This document shows, piece by piece, positions 62,971-64,000 of a DNA stretch of 64,000 nucleotides. Position 1 is the first letter of the stretch. Each line of letters starts with the position of its first letter. Where the stretch lies: NCBI RefSeq assembly GCF_004010195.1, contig NC_057718.1:66349351-66413350 (forward strand), read 5' to 3'. Made by a program: the position numbers and the translations under genes. Below the pieces are notes generated by a model. That model ran no database searches and was not told the origin of the DNA. It was given only the letters and a program-made list of their open reading frames with translations. This stretch comes from Chiloscyllium plagiosum. Its lineage: Eukaryota.

Positions 62971-64000
62971 TATTGCTTGTTGTTGACCTCATTAACTATC
63001 ACCTTATATGCAGCCTCCTATTTAACTCTCACCACAAAGAAAATAAACATTGACAGATTCTCGACAAGAAAGTCAGAGCAGGAATCTGATAACTCCAGCT
63101 TGTCACTTGCTCCTTCACTCTATCTTGGACACCTTGTACCAGCATCTCCACGAATACTCGATGGGCTGTGGTTGCACGTGTTCCCCATCCACGAGCACTG
63201 GCATCTGACATCTGCCAACCTCTTGGAAGTCTCATGGTGTCTCTCTGATCCACTTCCTGGACACACCAACTTCTAAAAGCTGCTGTATGGAGGACACTGG
63301 CAAAGAACATTGCAATGCAGTGACATGTATCCACCTCTCTGTGGACAGGCTGCACACTCGCTGTCTTGATGCTCAATGTCTTTGCATCAGCCTACATGCT
63401 GTCAGCATCATTGCCATGCCTTGCGTCTTAGCATAGTCTCAAAGCCAGGCAGTTTGTCTTGCTGGTCAATAGGACAGATATAATGCACATCACTGTGCTA
63501 CATCAATCTGTCATCCTCCTCGTGTGCCAGCAGCTTGCTTGGTAAACAGATTGCATGTACTGCAAGTGTCAGTCCATGAGTTCCAGCACAGTAAGTCAAG
63601 AACGTTCTCTCCAATTAGTACAGGAATTAGCTGTTGTCAGGTGTCCAGTTGGAGTGTTCTTAGTGTGCGTCTGGAGTTTGGGCTGGGAGACATGGTCAGT
63701 TCATTTGGCTGCATAACAGACCTGGGGAGTAACACTAAAAGAGCTGGGGAGATTCTCTGTCTGGGGCTGTCTGGTTAGGTCACCTAAGGTGGTGGGCCAC
63801 TGCCAATCTGTTGAATCATCCAGCAAAAGCCAGGGGGAATGATGGAACAAAGGAGGCCACTGCTGTGGAAAAGAGATGAGGAACCCAGTACATAAAATCA
63901 CGTTCTATTATTTGGAACTATCTTCAGGAAGTCCCAAGTGAATGATACGTTTCTGCCTCTTCCTGTGGTATCCTGCATCATGAATGCTAATCTTCAGTCA

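Noticed and set aside
62990..64000. Possible Harbinger accessory (Myb-like) gene remnant or further TIAM2 exon
   Set aside because: Composition differs from its surroundings, but I could not recover any diagnostic motif or TIAM2-like peptide with splice sites.
1..64000. Strand bias of intronic LINEs
   Set aside because: Sense and antisense fragments are both numerous; there is no convincing skew at this sample size.
1..64000. CRISPR arrays, operons or other prokaryotic/viral systems; remaining 60-140 aa ORFs
   Set aside because: No spaced direct repeats or dense coding. The short ORFs are TE fragments or chance frames in AT-rich intronic DNA.

Overview
Eukaryotic, repeat-rich genomic DNA, almost certainly from a shark (elasmobranch), inferred from HE1-type V-SINEs and their partner CR1/HER1 LINEs. 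The only host gene is TIAM2 (Rac1 GEF) on the + strand. Six coding exons (26187-27389, 39474-39909, 43593-43765, 46219-46443, 57933-58118, 61768-61914) splice in frame to 2370 nt / 790 aa, covering the myristoylation-type N-terminus and the PH-CC-Ex module. The gene continues past the window end, and its 5'UTR exon(s) lie upstream of 26181. Two of the six donors are non-canonical GC sites. The rest of the window is layered transposon debris: CR1, Rex1/Babar and Tx1/L1 LINEs, two tRNA-derived SINE families, a Harbinger transposase fossil, MITEs and two Penelope-like (PLE) families. The most interesting signal is a set of minimal hammerhead-ribozyme motifs carried by the PLEs. Two have complete catalytic cores on the TIAM2 sense strand. 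One of those sits inside a TSD-flanked, non-coding 92-bp-arm palindromic mini-element. All family assignments are by motif recognition; no database search was run.
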